A stretch of DNA of 64,000 nt from Clostridia bacterium (GTDB lineage: Bacteria; Bacillota; Clostridia; Oscillospirales; CAG-382), in the NCBI GenBank assembly GCA_017560085.1, contig JAFYPA010000083.1:14517-78516 (forward strand). The letters run 5' to 3'. A program made the translations under genes and the position numbers. The notes beneath the pieces are model-generated. The model made no database searches. It saw nothing but the letters and a program-made list of their open reading frames with translations, and was not told the origin of the DNA. This document shows, one piece after another, positions 8,204 through 18,561 of the stretch; position 1 is the stretch's first letter; every line of letters begins with the position of its first letter.

Positions 8204-10213
8204 GTAGAAATACAGCTTCGCACATCTCTTTTCGGGGAGCGTGAGCGTGATTCTGCCGTTTTCCGTCTCGTATTCTTCCGTTGTGTCCTTGTCGCAAAGA
8301 ACAAGCTCTTTTCCTTCGGAGAAGGCAAAATCAAGGGCTATATCGCTGTCCTCGCATTCCTCCTGACGGAATACGAAGAGAATGCCATTTTCCGCTTCCG
8401 CATCGAAATATGTGTATGCCGTGAAGCCCTCAAGGTCGTTTTCGTGATGCCACGGCGTAAGTGTGTAAAATTCCTTCAGAAGATATCCGTTTATCTCCTT
8501 CCATTCCTTGATGCCTGCTCTCAGAATATCGAAATTCTGTGTCGGGTCGTAAACAAGCTGTGTGTCAACATTGAGAGATGGGAGATAGGACGCACGCCAT
8601 ATGTACATATCGCTGTTACCCTTGCCCGAAAGCTCGCCGAGCTTCTCTCTTGTGCAGGCACCACAGAAGGGAATCCATTTATTGAAGGACGAGGTCTGCG
8701 AAAGACGGATGCCCGTGGATGTTCTGTCGTGGTCGGAACGCAGAAGCGGTACTCCGACGTGCATTGATTCAAGGTCGTTTCGACCGCCACCGCCACAGCA
8801 GGAGTCCACAAAGGCACATCCGCCGGTGCTCTTGGTTGCCTCTATTGCCTTGTCCCACAGACGGTAGTGACCGTCAAGACAGGTGATTTCCGTGTAGCCG
8901 TCACGGTTTTCGCCCTGAAGATTATCGCCCGTTGTCCAGTATTCACATCTTGAGCCGTTGTCCTCACGGAGCATATCCACCTTTGTCTTTTCCAGCACGG
9001 ATATGATTCTGTCCTCTGTCCATCTGTAGCATTCGGGGTCTCCGAGATTGCTTGTGAAGGTGTTGTCATTGAGATTTGTGGGAGCAAATGCCCATTCCTT
9101 TCTGTAGCCGTAATTTTTCTCAAGCTCCTCGGGCATACATACCTTTTCCGTGGCAAACCACAAAAGAGTTCTCATTCCGTTGTCCCTTGCAAATTCCACC
9201 GATTCACGGAAGGTGTCATCGGGCCATTTTTCATAGTCAAATTCCCAGGTGCCGAGAGTATCACGCCAGTCGTGTCCTTTTTGGAAGGGGATGGGACTTG
9301 TCTTGTCGGGAGCGACATACCATCCCGCATCCACCCAGCGGAAGTCGACCTTTATATCCTCAGCCATCATCTTTTCAAGCGACGGCTTCCACGTGCTGTA
9401 TCTTTCGGAAATGCTTCCGTCGGAATTGGGATATCCCGTATCGAATGCAAGACAGCAGGTTGAGAATGGCTTCATCGGAGTGCCGTTGCCGTCAAAGGGC
9501 GGAAGAATGTTTGTGATATAATGGCTTCTCCAGTAGTTTGTGGCGTAGTCCTCATTTCGTACCGTGTAATCCGCAATCGAGTAAAGAGCCGTTCTTATTT
9601 CCTCGTTCGGATTGAGATATGTCTTAAGATTTCTCGGTGAGCATCCTTCATAAATAACCTTTCCGTCCTCATATGTAAAGGAAGCCTTCCAAGTACCCGA
9701 CCATCCGAGTGCAAGCATTGTTCCGCCCTTTTCGTGCTCTAAATTGAAATAGGGAAAGAATTCGTGCGTTGCTCTGCCCGTGTTACAGTCAAAGCTTACA
9801 TTTTCGCTTTTGAGGTCTGTGGAATAGGGACGGTAGTAGTTGACGTGGTCACCGAGAATGCCCTTGAGAATGGGGGAATCCGTGGTAAATACCATCTTTG
9901 TGCCGAGCTTTTCTATTATTCCGCATTTTGTACCCGATGTGTTTCTGATTCGTGCAACCCATTCCGTTACGCCGTGGGTATAGTAGTGCTTCAGCGTTAC
10001 CTTGAAGGTGAGCGTGCTTTTAAAATCAAAGGTAAGAACCGCGGTTTCCGTGTCGCCCTTTCTTTCGGAGGCCTTGTCCGTAAGAGTAAAATCCTCACCG
10101 AAGCCGATATATTCCTTGCCGTCGTATGTGAATGTGAATGGAATCCTTTGGGGGCATTGAAGCATTTCAAGGTAAGCCATGTCCGAGGCGGGATTTCTGT
10201 AGTTTCTTATCAT
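8192..10213 (-). CDS. GH36-like glycoside hydrolase (divergent subgroup), cytoplasmic
   Basis: VDSCCGGGGRNDLE and MLREDNG parallel the GH36 motifs of 5283..7259. Same length class. No signal peptide. Confidence 0.6.
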   Translation of the reverse strand: MIRNYRNPASDMAYLEMLQCPQRIPFTFTYDGKEYIGFGEDFTLTDKASERKGDTETAVLTFDFKSTLTFKVTLKHYYTHGVTEWVARIRNTSGTKCGIIEKLGTKMVFTTDSPILKGILGDHVNYYRPYSTDLKSENVSFDCNTGRATHEFFPYFNLEHEKGGTMLALGWSGTWKASFTYEDGKVIYEGCSPRNLKTYLNPNEEIRTALYSIADYTVRNEDYATNYWRSHYITNILPPFDGNGTPMKPFSTCCLAFDTGYPNSDGSISERYSTWKPSLEKMMAEDIKVDFRWVDAGWYVAPDKTSPIPFQKGHDWRDTLGTWEFDYEKWPDDTFRESVEFARDNGMRTLLWFATEKVCMPEELEKNYGYRKEWAFAPTNLNDNTFTSNLGDPECYRWTEDRIISVLEKTKVDMLREDNGSRCEYWTTGDNLQGENRDGYTEITCLDGHYRLWDKAIEATKSTGGCAFVDSCCGGGGRNDLESMHVGVPLLRSDHDRTSTGIRLSQTSSFNKWIPFCGACTREKLGELSGKGNSDMYIWRASYLPSLNVDTQLVYDPTQNFDILRAGIKEWKEINGYLLKEFYTLTPWHHENDLEGFTAYTYFDAEAENGILFVFRQEECEDSDIALDFAFSEGKELVLCDKDTTEEYETENGRITLTLPEKRCAKLYFYNLK

Positions 10214-10224
10214 TTTTCTGCTCC

Positions 10225-12246
10225 TTATTTAAGTGTGTAGTAGTAAAGCTTTGCCGTTCTCTTTGCGGGAAGATTCAAGGTAAGCCTGCATCCTGCGGTT
10301 TCAAACTTTTCGTCTGTGTCCTTGTCGCAAAGCACAAGCTCTCTGCCGTTTGTGTAGCCGAAATTGAGAGCTATTTCCGATTCCTCGCAGTTTTCCTGAC
10401 GGAATACAAATAGAACACCCTTTTCCGCCTCGCTGTCAAAATAGCTGTATGCGGTGAAGCCATCAAGGTCGTCCTCGTGATGCCACGGCGTGAAGGTGTA
10501 AAACTCCTTTAGAAGGTATCCGTTTATTTCCTTCCACTCGCGGAGTCCTTCACGAAGAACCCCGAAATCCTGATCCGGATCCTGCACAAACTGTGAGTCC
10601 ACATTAAGTGCGGCAAGATAGGATGCACGCCAGATATAAGTATCGCTGTCGCCCGTGGCATCAAGCTCGTACTTCTTTGCCTTTGTGTTTGCACCGCAGA
10701 AGGGAATCCACTTGTTGAAGGAGGATGTCTGTGAAAGGCGTATACCCGTTGACATTCTGTCGTGGTCACTTCGCAGAAGGGGAATGCCTCTTCTCATTGA
10801 TTCAAGGTCGTTTCTGCCACCGCCCGAAGCACAGGAGTCCACAAAGCCGCATCCGCCGTGACCGAGGGTGCATTCTATGAATTTATCCCACATTCTGTAG
10901 TGGGCATCTATGAATTTGCATTCGGTAATACCGCTTCTGCCGTCGCCCTCTTTTTTGTCCATATGTCCCCAGAGCCTTGCGGGGTCACCGTTGTTGTCCT
11001 CACGGTACATTTCAACCTTGTTGTGGCGAAGCATATTGCAGATTCGGTCGGTTATCCAGTCGAAGCAATCTGGGTTGCCGATGTTATTTGAAATTACGTT
11101 TGTCTCTTCCATGGAGATTGCCCAGTCCGTATTGTAGCCGAAGTTCCTTGCAAGATTTTCGACGTCCGTAACTCTCTCGGGCTCAAACCATACAAGAGTT
11201 TTCATACCGTTTGCCCTTGCAAAATCCGTGGACTCAAGGAAGGTATCATTCGGCCACTTGTTGGGATCAAGCTCCCATGTGCCGACAGTACCCCACCAGT
11301 CACGATCACCGCCTCGGGGGATACAGCTCTTTTTGTCGGGGGTAATGTACCATCCCGCATCGAACCAGCGAAAGTCCACCTTTGCATCCTCCGCAATCAT
11401 CTTTTCAAGCGAGGGTCTCCAGGTGAAATAACGCTCGGAAATGCTTCCGTCGGATCGTGGAAGTCCCGTGTCCGAATCGAGACAGCAGGTGGAGAAGGGC
11501 TTCATCGGATTTCCCTCCGCGTCCGCCTTGGGGAGAATATAGCTTACATACCAGCTTCTCCATATGTTTGTCGCATAGATTTTGTTTTCGCTACAGTACT
11601 CTATAAACGCAAATCTTGCGGTACGGATTTTTTCGCCCGCCTTAAGATATGTGCAAAGATTGTTTACGGACTTCGCTCTGTATTCGGTAACGCCGTTCTC
11701 GTACACAAAATCCGCAGTCCACGTACCTGCCCAGCCTATCGCGAGAAGGTATCCTCCATTTGAGTTTTCAAAATTGAAATAGGGAAAATAAACGTGAGTC
11801 GCTCTTCCGCTGTCAGATGTGAAATTTACGGATTCCGTTGTAAGGTCGTATTCATAAGGCTTATAGAAGTTTTCGTGGTCACCGAGTATACCCTTGAGAA
11901 TGGGCTGTTCACCGCCAAGCTTCAGCGAGAAGCATATATCCTCGATAATTTCCGAGCTTCCGTCCGAGATATTTTCCGCCTCCATAGTGATATCCGTCGC
12001 ACCGTGAGAAGGGTAGTGGTTGAGAGTAAGCGTGATTTTTAATGTGCCTTTGAGAAGAAGCTCAAGGCTTGTGCATATAATACCGTCCTTTTCCTCCGTC
12101 TTCTTGCTTGCATATGTAAAATCCTCACCGCCAAAGCCCTCATATCTTTTACCGCCGTATGTAAAGGATAGCGGAATAAGTGCGGGATTGCTTATCATTG
12201 CGGAATATTTTCTGTCGGATTCGGTATTTGTGAAATTACGAATCAT
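10225..12246 (-). CDS. GH36-like glycoside hydrolase, paralog of 8192..10213
   Basis: Collinear with its neighbour (VDSCASGGGRNDLE, MYREDNN, identical RSDHDR(T/M)STGIRLSQTSSFNKWIPFCGA block). Start moved to Met19 (12246), which has a GGAGGA RBS. Confidence 0.6.
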   Translation of the reverse strand: MIRNFTNTESDRKYSAMISNPALIPLSFTYGGKRYEGFGGEDFTYASKKTEEKDGIICTSLELLLKGTLKITLTLNHYPSHGATDITMEAENISDGSSEIIEDICFSLKLGGEQPILKGILGDHENFYKPYEYDLTTESVNFTSDSGRATHVYFPYFNFENSNGGYLLAIGWAGTWTADFVYENGVTEYRAKSVNNLCTYLKAGEKIRTARFAFIEYCSENKIYATNIWRSWYVSYILPKADAEGNPMKPFSTCCLDSDTGLPRSDGSISERYFTWRPSLEKMIAEDAKVDFRWFDAGWYITPDKKSCIPRGGDRDWWGTVGTWELDPNKWPNDTFLESTDFARANGMKTLVWFEPERVTDVENLARNFGYNTDWAISMEETNVISNNIGNPDCFDWITDRICNMLRHNKVEMYREDNNGDPARLWGHMDKKEGDGRSGITECKFIDAHYRMWDKFIECTLGHGGCGFVDSCASGGGRNDLESMRRGIPLLRSDHDRMSTGIRLSQTSSFNKWIPFCGANTKAKKYELDATGDSDTYIWRASYLAALNVDSQFVQDPDQDFGVLREGLREWKEINGYLLKEFYTFTPWHHEDDLDGFTAYSYFDSEAEKGVLFVFRQENCEESEIALNFGYTNGRELVLCDKDTDEKFETAGCRLTLNLPAKRTAKLYYYTLK

Positions 12247-12291
12247 ATTGTTTTCCTCCGTTTTCGGAACCTTTTCCCGAATAAAATATCG

Positions 12292-12311
12292 TTGTAACAA
12301 TTATATTACAA
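12292..12311. promoter_or_regulatory. inverted repeat, candidate operator in the divergent promoter region
   Basis: TTGTAA-caattata-TTACAA, a perfect 6-bp inverted repeat between the GH36 cluster and the AraC gene. Confidence 0.3.
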
Positions 12312-12328
12312 AAAATTATATATTTCCA

Positions 12329-12358
12329 TTGATTTTTCACCTGAAAACGTGGTATAAT
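12329..12358 (+). promoter_or_regulatory. putative promoter of the AraC gene
   Basis: TTGATT (12329-12334), 18-nt spacer, extended -10 TGg-TATAAT (12350-12358). Confidence 0.45.
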
Positions 12359-12384
12359 CATCAAAAATCGAAGATTTTCGGAAA

Positions 12385-13266
12385 ATGCAAATTTATTTGG
12401 GAGGAGGGCTCCTATTGGTAGAAGGACGCGTTGTTGAGTATGGGGGACTTGCTCCCTTTAAGCTTCAGATAAAATACGTTGATATTTTGCCTGATGATCC
12501 GACAAACACTCACGAGGATCATATTCACGGCGAGTGCGAGATTTATATAAATCTCACGGGGGACGTTTCCTTTATGGTGGAGAATAAGATTTACCCCATA
12601 AAATCGGGAAGCGTTATTATTACCCGTCCCTGCGAATATCATCATTGCATATACCACAGCAACGAGAGCCACGAGCATCTGTGGATTCTCTTTGAGTCGC
12701 ACGGAAACGAGTCTGTTCTTCCGCTATTCTTTGAAAGACCCCTCGGTGAAAACAATCTCATCCGCCTTTCCGAAAAGCAGAAGCTCAAGGTGCTTGAAAT
12801 CTGCAAGGCAATAATTCACGGTGAACACTCGGAAAAGCAGAGGCTCGCGGACTTTATGCGGATTCTGTGCATCCTCGAAAACGCAGACGGAAGCCTTGAC
12901 GGACCTTCCGATTCCGTGCCCGAGGATATTTCCTCTGCGATTGAATTCATAGGCGAAAACCTCGGAAGTGTTTTTACCGTTGCGGATGTTGCGAAATATG
13001 CCCACATCAGTGTAAATACCCTTGAGAGGCGTTTTCTTGAGGTGCTTAAAACCACACCGTCGGGCTATATAAAAAGCAGAAGACTCGCAAGGGCGGCGGA
13101 GCTTTTACCGAGCTGTAAATCCGTCGGTGAGGTCTGCGAGGAATGCGGATTCCGAGATTATTCAAACTTCATAGCCATATTCAAAAAGCAGTTCGGTGTA
13201 ACGCCGCTGAAGTTTAAGAAAACACACGAAAAAAGAATGTCCGAATATTCGGAGGTAGCAAAATGA
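12385..13266 (+). CDS. AraC-family transcriptional regulator (cupin sensor plus HTH)
   Basis: N-terminal cupin-like HEDHIHGECEIYINLTGD and C-terminal AraC HTH (GFRDYSNFIAIFKKQFGVTPLKFKK). The start may instead be TTG at 12415, which lies 6 nt after GGAGGAGGG. Confidence 0.85.
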   Translation: MQIYLGGGLLLVEGRVVEYGGLAPFKLQIKYVDILPDDPTNTHEDHIHGECEIYINLTGDVSFMVENKIYPIKSGSVIITRPCEYHHCIYHSNESHEHLWILFESHGNESVLPLFFERPLGENNLIRLSEKQKLKVLEICKAIIHGEHSEKQRLADFMRILCILENADGSLDGPSDSVPEDISSAIEFIGENLGSVFTVADVAKYAHISVNTLERRFLEVLKTTPSGYIKSRRLARAAELLPSCKSVGEVCEECGFRDYSNFIAIFKKQFGVTPLKFKKTHEKRMSEYSEVAK

Positions 13267-15263
13267 GCGATAAAAAGAAAATAATAAACTTAGGCATACT
13301 CGCCCATGTTGACGCAGGCAAAACCACCGTTACGGAAAACCTTCTGTACTTCTGCGGAAAGACAAGAAGCCCCGGCAGCGTTGACAGCGGAAATACCGTC
13401 ACGGATAGCAGTGAAATCGAAAAGAAAAGAGGAATTTCCGTTTTCTCCTCGGGAGCGGATATTCAGTACGGCGATTTTACCGTGAACATAATCGACACCC
13501 CCGGACACGTTGATTTTGCGGGGGAGGCGGAGAGAAGCATTATGTCCCTTGATGCGGCACTGATTGTGGTTTCAGCCGTTGAAGGACTTCAATCCCACAC
13601 GGAAAACATTATGCAGACCATCATACATAACAAGCTTCCCTGCGTGTTTTTTGTAAACAAGATTGACAGAGCGGGCAGCAGCTTCAAAAGAGTAGTAAAC
13701 GAGCTTTCCGAGGCATTCGGCAAGAGATTTGTGTGTCTTAATGTCCCCGTGGGAGAGGAATCGAAGGGGTGTAGTGTTGCACCAAACGAGGATTTCCGCA
13801 CCGAAGCTTCCGAGGTCCTTGCGGAATACAACGACAGCATAATGGAAAAATATCTTTCCGACGAAGAAATATCCGACATTGAGCTTCAGAGCGTGCTTTC
13901 AAACGAGTGTGCCAAAGGCGAGGTTTACCCCGTTGTCTGCGGAAGCGCAATGTACGGCATAGGCATCGGTGAGCTTCTTGATGCGGTCGTAAAAAATCTT
14001 CCCGACAGCACGAAAATCGGCACGGACAAGCTCTCGGGCGTTATTTATAAAATCGAGCACGACAAAACCTTCGGTGTTCTTTCCCACGTCAGAATGTTCG
14101 GCGGAAGTCTTAACGCAAGGGATACGGTGGTGCTAAAATCCCCGAAGGACGATGCACCTTCAAATGACGGCGAGGAGAGGGAAGAACGAAGCGAAAAAAT
14201 CGCACAGATACGAAAGAAGGTCGGAGGCAAATTCTTCGATACGGGTACTGTTGAAAAGGGCGATATCGCCGTTCTCTGCGGTCTTTCAAAGGCGAAGGTC
14301 GGCGACTATATAGGCGAAATTACGGCAGAGCGAAGGCTTGACCTTGTAAACCCCTTCCTTCAGGTTTCGGTAATTCCCGAGGATGAAACAAAGCTTACGG
14401 CACTTGCATCTGCTCTTGCCGAGCTTTCCCGTGAAGAGCCGTACATCAACTACAGATGGGAAAAGAGCGAGCGTGAGGTTGTTATCAGCATCACGGGAAA
14501 AATTCAGCTTGAAATCATAGCAAATCTCCTTCTTGAGCGCTACGGTCTTAAGGTGACATTTACTCCTCCGAGCGTAATATACAAGGAAACACCGGGTATG
14601 CGTGCCGAGGGATTTGAGGCGTATACTATGCCCAAGCCCTGCTGGGCGGTCGTACAGCTTCTTCTTGAGCCGACAAAGCGTGGAAGCGGTGTAAGCTTTG
14701 ATATGGGCAACGTACCCAACAATCAGCTTTTCTACAGATATCAGTCCCACATAAAGCAGTCCTTTTTTACAAGCATAGAGCAGGGAATCTACGGCTGGGA
14801 GGTCACCGACTTCAAATGTACTCTTATCGGCGGTGAGCATCATACGATACATACCCATCCGCTGGATTTCTTCGTGGCAACTCCCGTTGCATTCCTGCGT
14901 GGGCTTACCAACTCCCGTTCAAGACTTCTCGAGCCTTATCTTAAGGTAAGAATCGGCGCCCCCGAGGAATATATGGGTAAAATCACGGGTGATATAGTTA
15001 TGATGCGAGGCGAATTCGACACCCCCGTAATCAAAAACGGCAAGACCACAATAGAAGCCTTTCTCCCCGTTGCGGACAGTATGGACTACCCCACAAGACT
15101 TGCCTCACTTACGGGCGGCAAGGGTATGATTCATTCCGCCTTCGGCTTTTACAGAGAATGTCCCGACGGCTTTATGAAGACCTGCAAGCGCCGCGGAGTA
15201 GACCCTCTTGACAGAGCAAAATGGATTCTTCACTGCCGTGGTGCAATTACCGAGGGAATATAA
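13263..15263 (+). CDS. EF-G-family translational GTPase of the Tet(M)/Tet(O) ribosomal-protection type
   Basis: The N-terminus INLGILAHVDAGKTTVTENLLY...NIIDTPGHVDF...NKID is collinear with Tet(M) G1-G4. At 666 aa it is in the Tet(M) size class. GGAGG RBS; ATGA overlap with the AraC stop. Confidence 0.75.
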   Translation: MSDKKKIINLGILAHVDAGKTTVTENLLYFCGKTRSPGSVDSGNTVTDSSEIEKKRGISVFSSGADIQYGDFTVNIIDTPGHVDFAGEAERSIMSLDAALIVVSAVEGLQSHTENIMQTIIHNKLPCVFFVNKIDRAGSSFKRVVNELSEAFGKRFVCLNVPVGEESKGCSVAPNEDFRTEASEVLAEYNDSIMEKYLSDEEISDIELQSVLSNECAKGEVYPVVCGSAMYGIGIGELLDAVVKNLPDSTKIGTDKLSGVIYKIEHDKTFGVLSHVRMFGGSLNARDTVVLKSPKDDAPSNDGEEREERSEKIAQIRKKVGGKFFDTGTVEKGDIAVLCGLSKAKVGDYIGEITAERRLDLVNPFLQVSVIPEDETKLTALASALAELSREEPYINYRWEKSEREVVISITGKIQLEIIANLLLERYGLKVTFTPPSVIYKETPGMRAEGFEAYTMPKPCWAVVQLLLEPTKRGSGVSFDMGNVPNNQLFYRYQSHIKQSFFTSIEQGIYGWEVTDFKCTLIGGEHHTIHTHPLDFFVATPVAFLRGLTNSRSRLLEPYLKVRIGAPEEYMGKITGDIVMMRGEFDTPVIKNGKTTIEAFLPVADSMDYPTRLASLTGGKGMIHSAFGFYRECPDGFMKTCKRRGVDPLDRAKWILHCRGAITEGI

Positions 15264-15280
15264 ATTTCAGCTCCTGAAAA

Positions 15281-15330
15281 AATGTGCAATGTGCAATAAA
15301 ATGTTGAAAAATGTTATAAAATGCAATAAT
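15281..15330. repeat. degenerate heptamer tract (AATGTGC AATGTGC AATAAAATGTTGAAAAATGTTATAAAATGCAATAAT)
   Basis: Read directly. Starts 17 nt after the stop of the Tet(M)-like gene and has the same AATGNNN phase as the other arrays. Confidence 0.5.
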
Positions 15331-15731
15331 TAACACCGTAGTCCCTTTTGTACTAAATTTCATATAAATCACAAAAAACAGCATCATTACGACAGGCTTT
15401 TACGCTTGCGTTTTGATGCTGTTGTCATAAATGGACGAAATTTTGTAATTTTTAGCGTTTTGCGAGATTTTTTCACATAATTTTCACATTCTGCCGAAAT
15501 GGTGCATGTTGGTAATTATTTAGTCATTTAAAACAAAAAATATATTTACAGTCGTTTGTTAAATGTTCAGTTTATTTGCATACGAAATACATAATCTTGT
15601 GGTATCATATTATGGTAAAAGCGGTGGTTTTTTCCTCGCGTCTTAAAAGCATTTGTATGCAAAAGGTGAACGGCATACAAAAGGTATATTTTTGTTCACA
15701 CGCAAACAAGAACAGATAACGGCAGGTTTTT

Positions 15732-16274
15732 ATGAAGCTTTTGATTTCAATCAATTTCGACGACGATACGAAAATTAAATTACATAACCATATGCGCAAC
15801 CTCACCGAGGCGTGTGAGGGTGGCGTATACACCAAGAAGGACAACATCCATCTTTCCCTCGTGTATGTCGGCGAAACAACACAGATAGGTGCAGTGGTGG
15901 AAACGATGGACGCCATTGATTCGGAGCAGTTTGACATTACCCTTTCCGAGGGCGGTCGCTTCAAGCGCTCGGGCGGTGAGGTTTACTGGTGCGGCATTGA
16001 AAAGTCTCCCGAGCTTGTAAGGCTTCAGAAGATACTTTACAGAAGCCTTGTAAGACGAGGCGTAATGAAGGAAAAGAACGACTTCAAGCCCCATCTTACG
16101 GTTTCAAGAGATACGATAATAGCCAGAGACAGTATCCCGAAGGCGGACTTCTTTGAAAAGCTCACGGTAAAGCGCGTGAGTCTTATGAAATGCGAGAGCA
16201 CAAGAGACGGAATGTCCTACACAGAGGTTTACGCCAAGGAGCTTCCTCCGAAGGAATTCGAATTTGATATTTAA
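15732..16274 (+). CDS. thpR: 2'-5' RNA ligase / RNA 2',3'-cyclic phosphodiesterase (2H family)
   Basis: Two H-x-(T/S)-x motifs (HLSLVYVG and HLTVSR) at the spacing typical of LigT/ThpR; 180 aa. Confidence 0.7.
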   Translation: MKLLISINFDDDTKIKLHNHMRNLTEACEGGVYTKKDNIHLSLVYVGETTQIGAVVETMDAIDSEQFDITLSEGGRFKRSGGEVYWCGIEKSPELVRLQKILYRSLVRRGVMKEKNDFKPHLTVSRDTIIARDSIPKADFFEKLTVKRVSLMKCESTRDGMSYTEVYAKELPPKEFEFDI

Positions 16275-16290
16275 ACAGAATAAAATAATA

Positions 16291-16326
16291 ATGCGGTGCT
16301 TCCATATCGGAGGCATCGCATTTTTC
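16291..16326 (+). terminator. bidirectional intrinsic terminator
   Basis: 13-bp stem ATGCGGTGCTTCC/GGAGGCATCGCAT (two G-U pairs), followed by TTTTT and preceded by an A-rich tract. Lies between convergent genes. Confidence 0.65.
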
Positions 16327-16330
16327 AGTC

Positions 16331-16789
16331 TTATTTTCTTGCTTGCTTTCTTCTTGACCTTGAGGAGCTCTTGCCTTTTCCGCCTCTTCCCGCACTCAGC
16401 CTTGCACCGATAAAGGAGAATACAAGCGTAAGAGCAAATACCGTCCCCGCAAAGATGTAATTTACCTCCTCACCCTTTGTGCGAAGCGCAAGATGAACAA
16501 GGATAAGAAGCATAATCATCGCAAAGGAGCTCGCAATCGCCGTCAGGGCATAATGCCTTGTGCTTCCGACTCCCGCAAATGCGGAGACCGCAAGAGCTGT
16601 CAGCGATACCGTCACCGCACAGGCAAGGGTGATGTATTTTTCGGGGGTGCTGCTTTTCATAAGAATCATCGGAATAATAAAAATAAGTGCCACAAGGACG
16701 GCTGTACCCGCAAGTGCTCCGCGGATAACAGAAAGGGGAGCGGAAGCGCCCTTTTTTTGCTTTGTTTCGTTGGTCGTGCTTTTTGTCAT
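16331..16789 (-). CDS. membrane protein (4 predicted TM segments) with a basic C-terminal tail
   Basis: 152-aa hydrophobic ORF with an AAGGA RBS and a C-terminal GRGGKGKSSSRSRRKQARK tail. No family recognised. Confidence 0.5.
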   Translation of the reverse strand: MTKSTTNETKQKKGASAPLSVIRGALAGTAVLVALIFIIPMILMKSSTPEKYITLACAVTVSLTALAVSAFAGVGSTRHYALTAIASSFAMIMLLILVHLALRTKGEEVNYIFAGTVFALTLVFSFIGARLSAGRGGKGKSSSRSRRKQARK

Positions 16790-16906
16790 GGCTTTTTCCT
16801 TTCGTAAGCTTTTCTTTACTTTATTTTACGGAAGAAAAAGGAAAAATATGACAGACCGCGAAAAAAAGCCGCATCCATACGGATACGGCCTTCATTTTTG
16901 CTTTTA

Positions 16907-17251
16907 TTACTTCTTAACCTTGAATGTAGCGGGCTTGCTTTCAGCACTCTCGCTTGCCTTCTTTTCAACGCTTCTGATTGCTGTTACGTGGAACTTGATC
17001 TTTGTTCTGTCAGAGCTTGTTTCGATGACAACAGTGTCCTCTCTCTTGTTTACAACCTTACCCATAATACCGCCGATTGTGATGATTTCATCGCCGATAG
17101 CGAGGTTGTTTCTCATTTCAGCATCTGCTCTGTCCTTCTTCTTCTGGGAACGGCTCATCCATACGAACATAAGAACCATAACGCCGATCATAATAATGGG
17201 CATAAGCATACTTCCGCCTGTACCTGCAGCTGTAAGTGTATAAGTATTCAT
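16907..17251 (-). CDS. yajC: preprotein translocase subunit YajC
   Basis: Single TM segment followed by MRNNLAIGDEIITIGGIMGKVV, the YajC signature. Start moved to Met19 (17251), which has a GGAGGA RBS. Confidence 0.85.
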   Translation of the reverse strand: MNTYTLTAAGTGGSMLMPIIMIGVMVLMFVWMSRSQKKKDRADAEMRNNLAIGDEIITIGGIMGKVVNKREDTVVIETSSDRTKIKFHVTAIRSVEKKASESAESKPATFKVKK

Positions 17252-17390
17252 TTTCTTTTCCTCCGAAATTAAATATTTTGAATAACAATGTGTATTATAC
17301 CACATTCCGATATTATTTGCAACATCAAAAAGGGTAAAAGGGAAAATATTTACAAATTATTCCGTGCCTATTCAACAGAAGGGCGACTTA

Positions 17391-18557
<1,167 letters not shown>

Positions 18558-18561
18558 TTAT

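Noticed and set aside
13263-15263. Calling the Tet(M)-like GTPase an acquired tetracycline-resistance gene on a mobile element
   Set aside because: I see no transposase, integrase, conjugation genes or tet leader peptide nearby, and composition looks native by eye. Family membership alone does not establish resistance, so I kept it as a hypothesis only.
15378-15422. Inverted repeat after the Tet(M)-like gene as its intrinsic terminator
   Set aside because: The 9-bp stem encloses a 27-nt loop and is not followed by a T-run. I mention it under findings but do not annotate it as a terminator.
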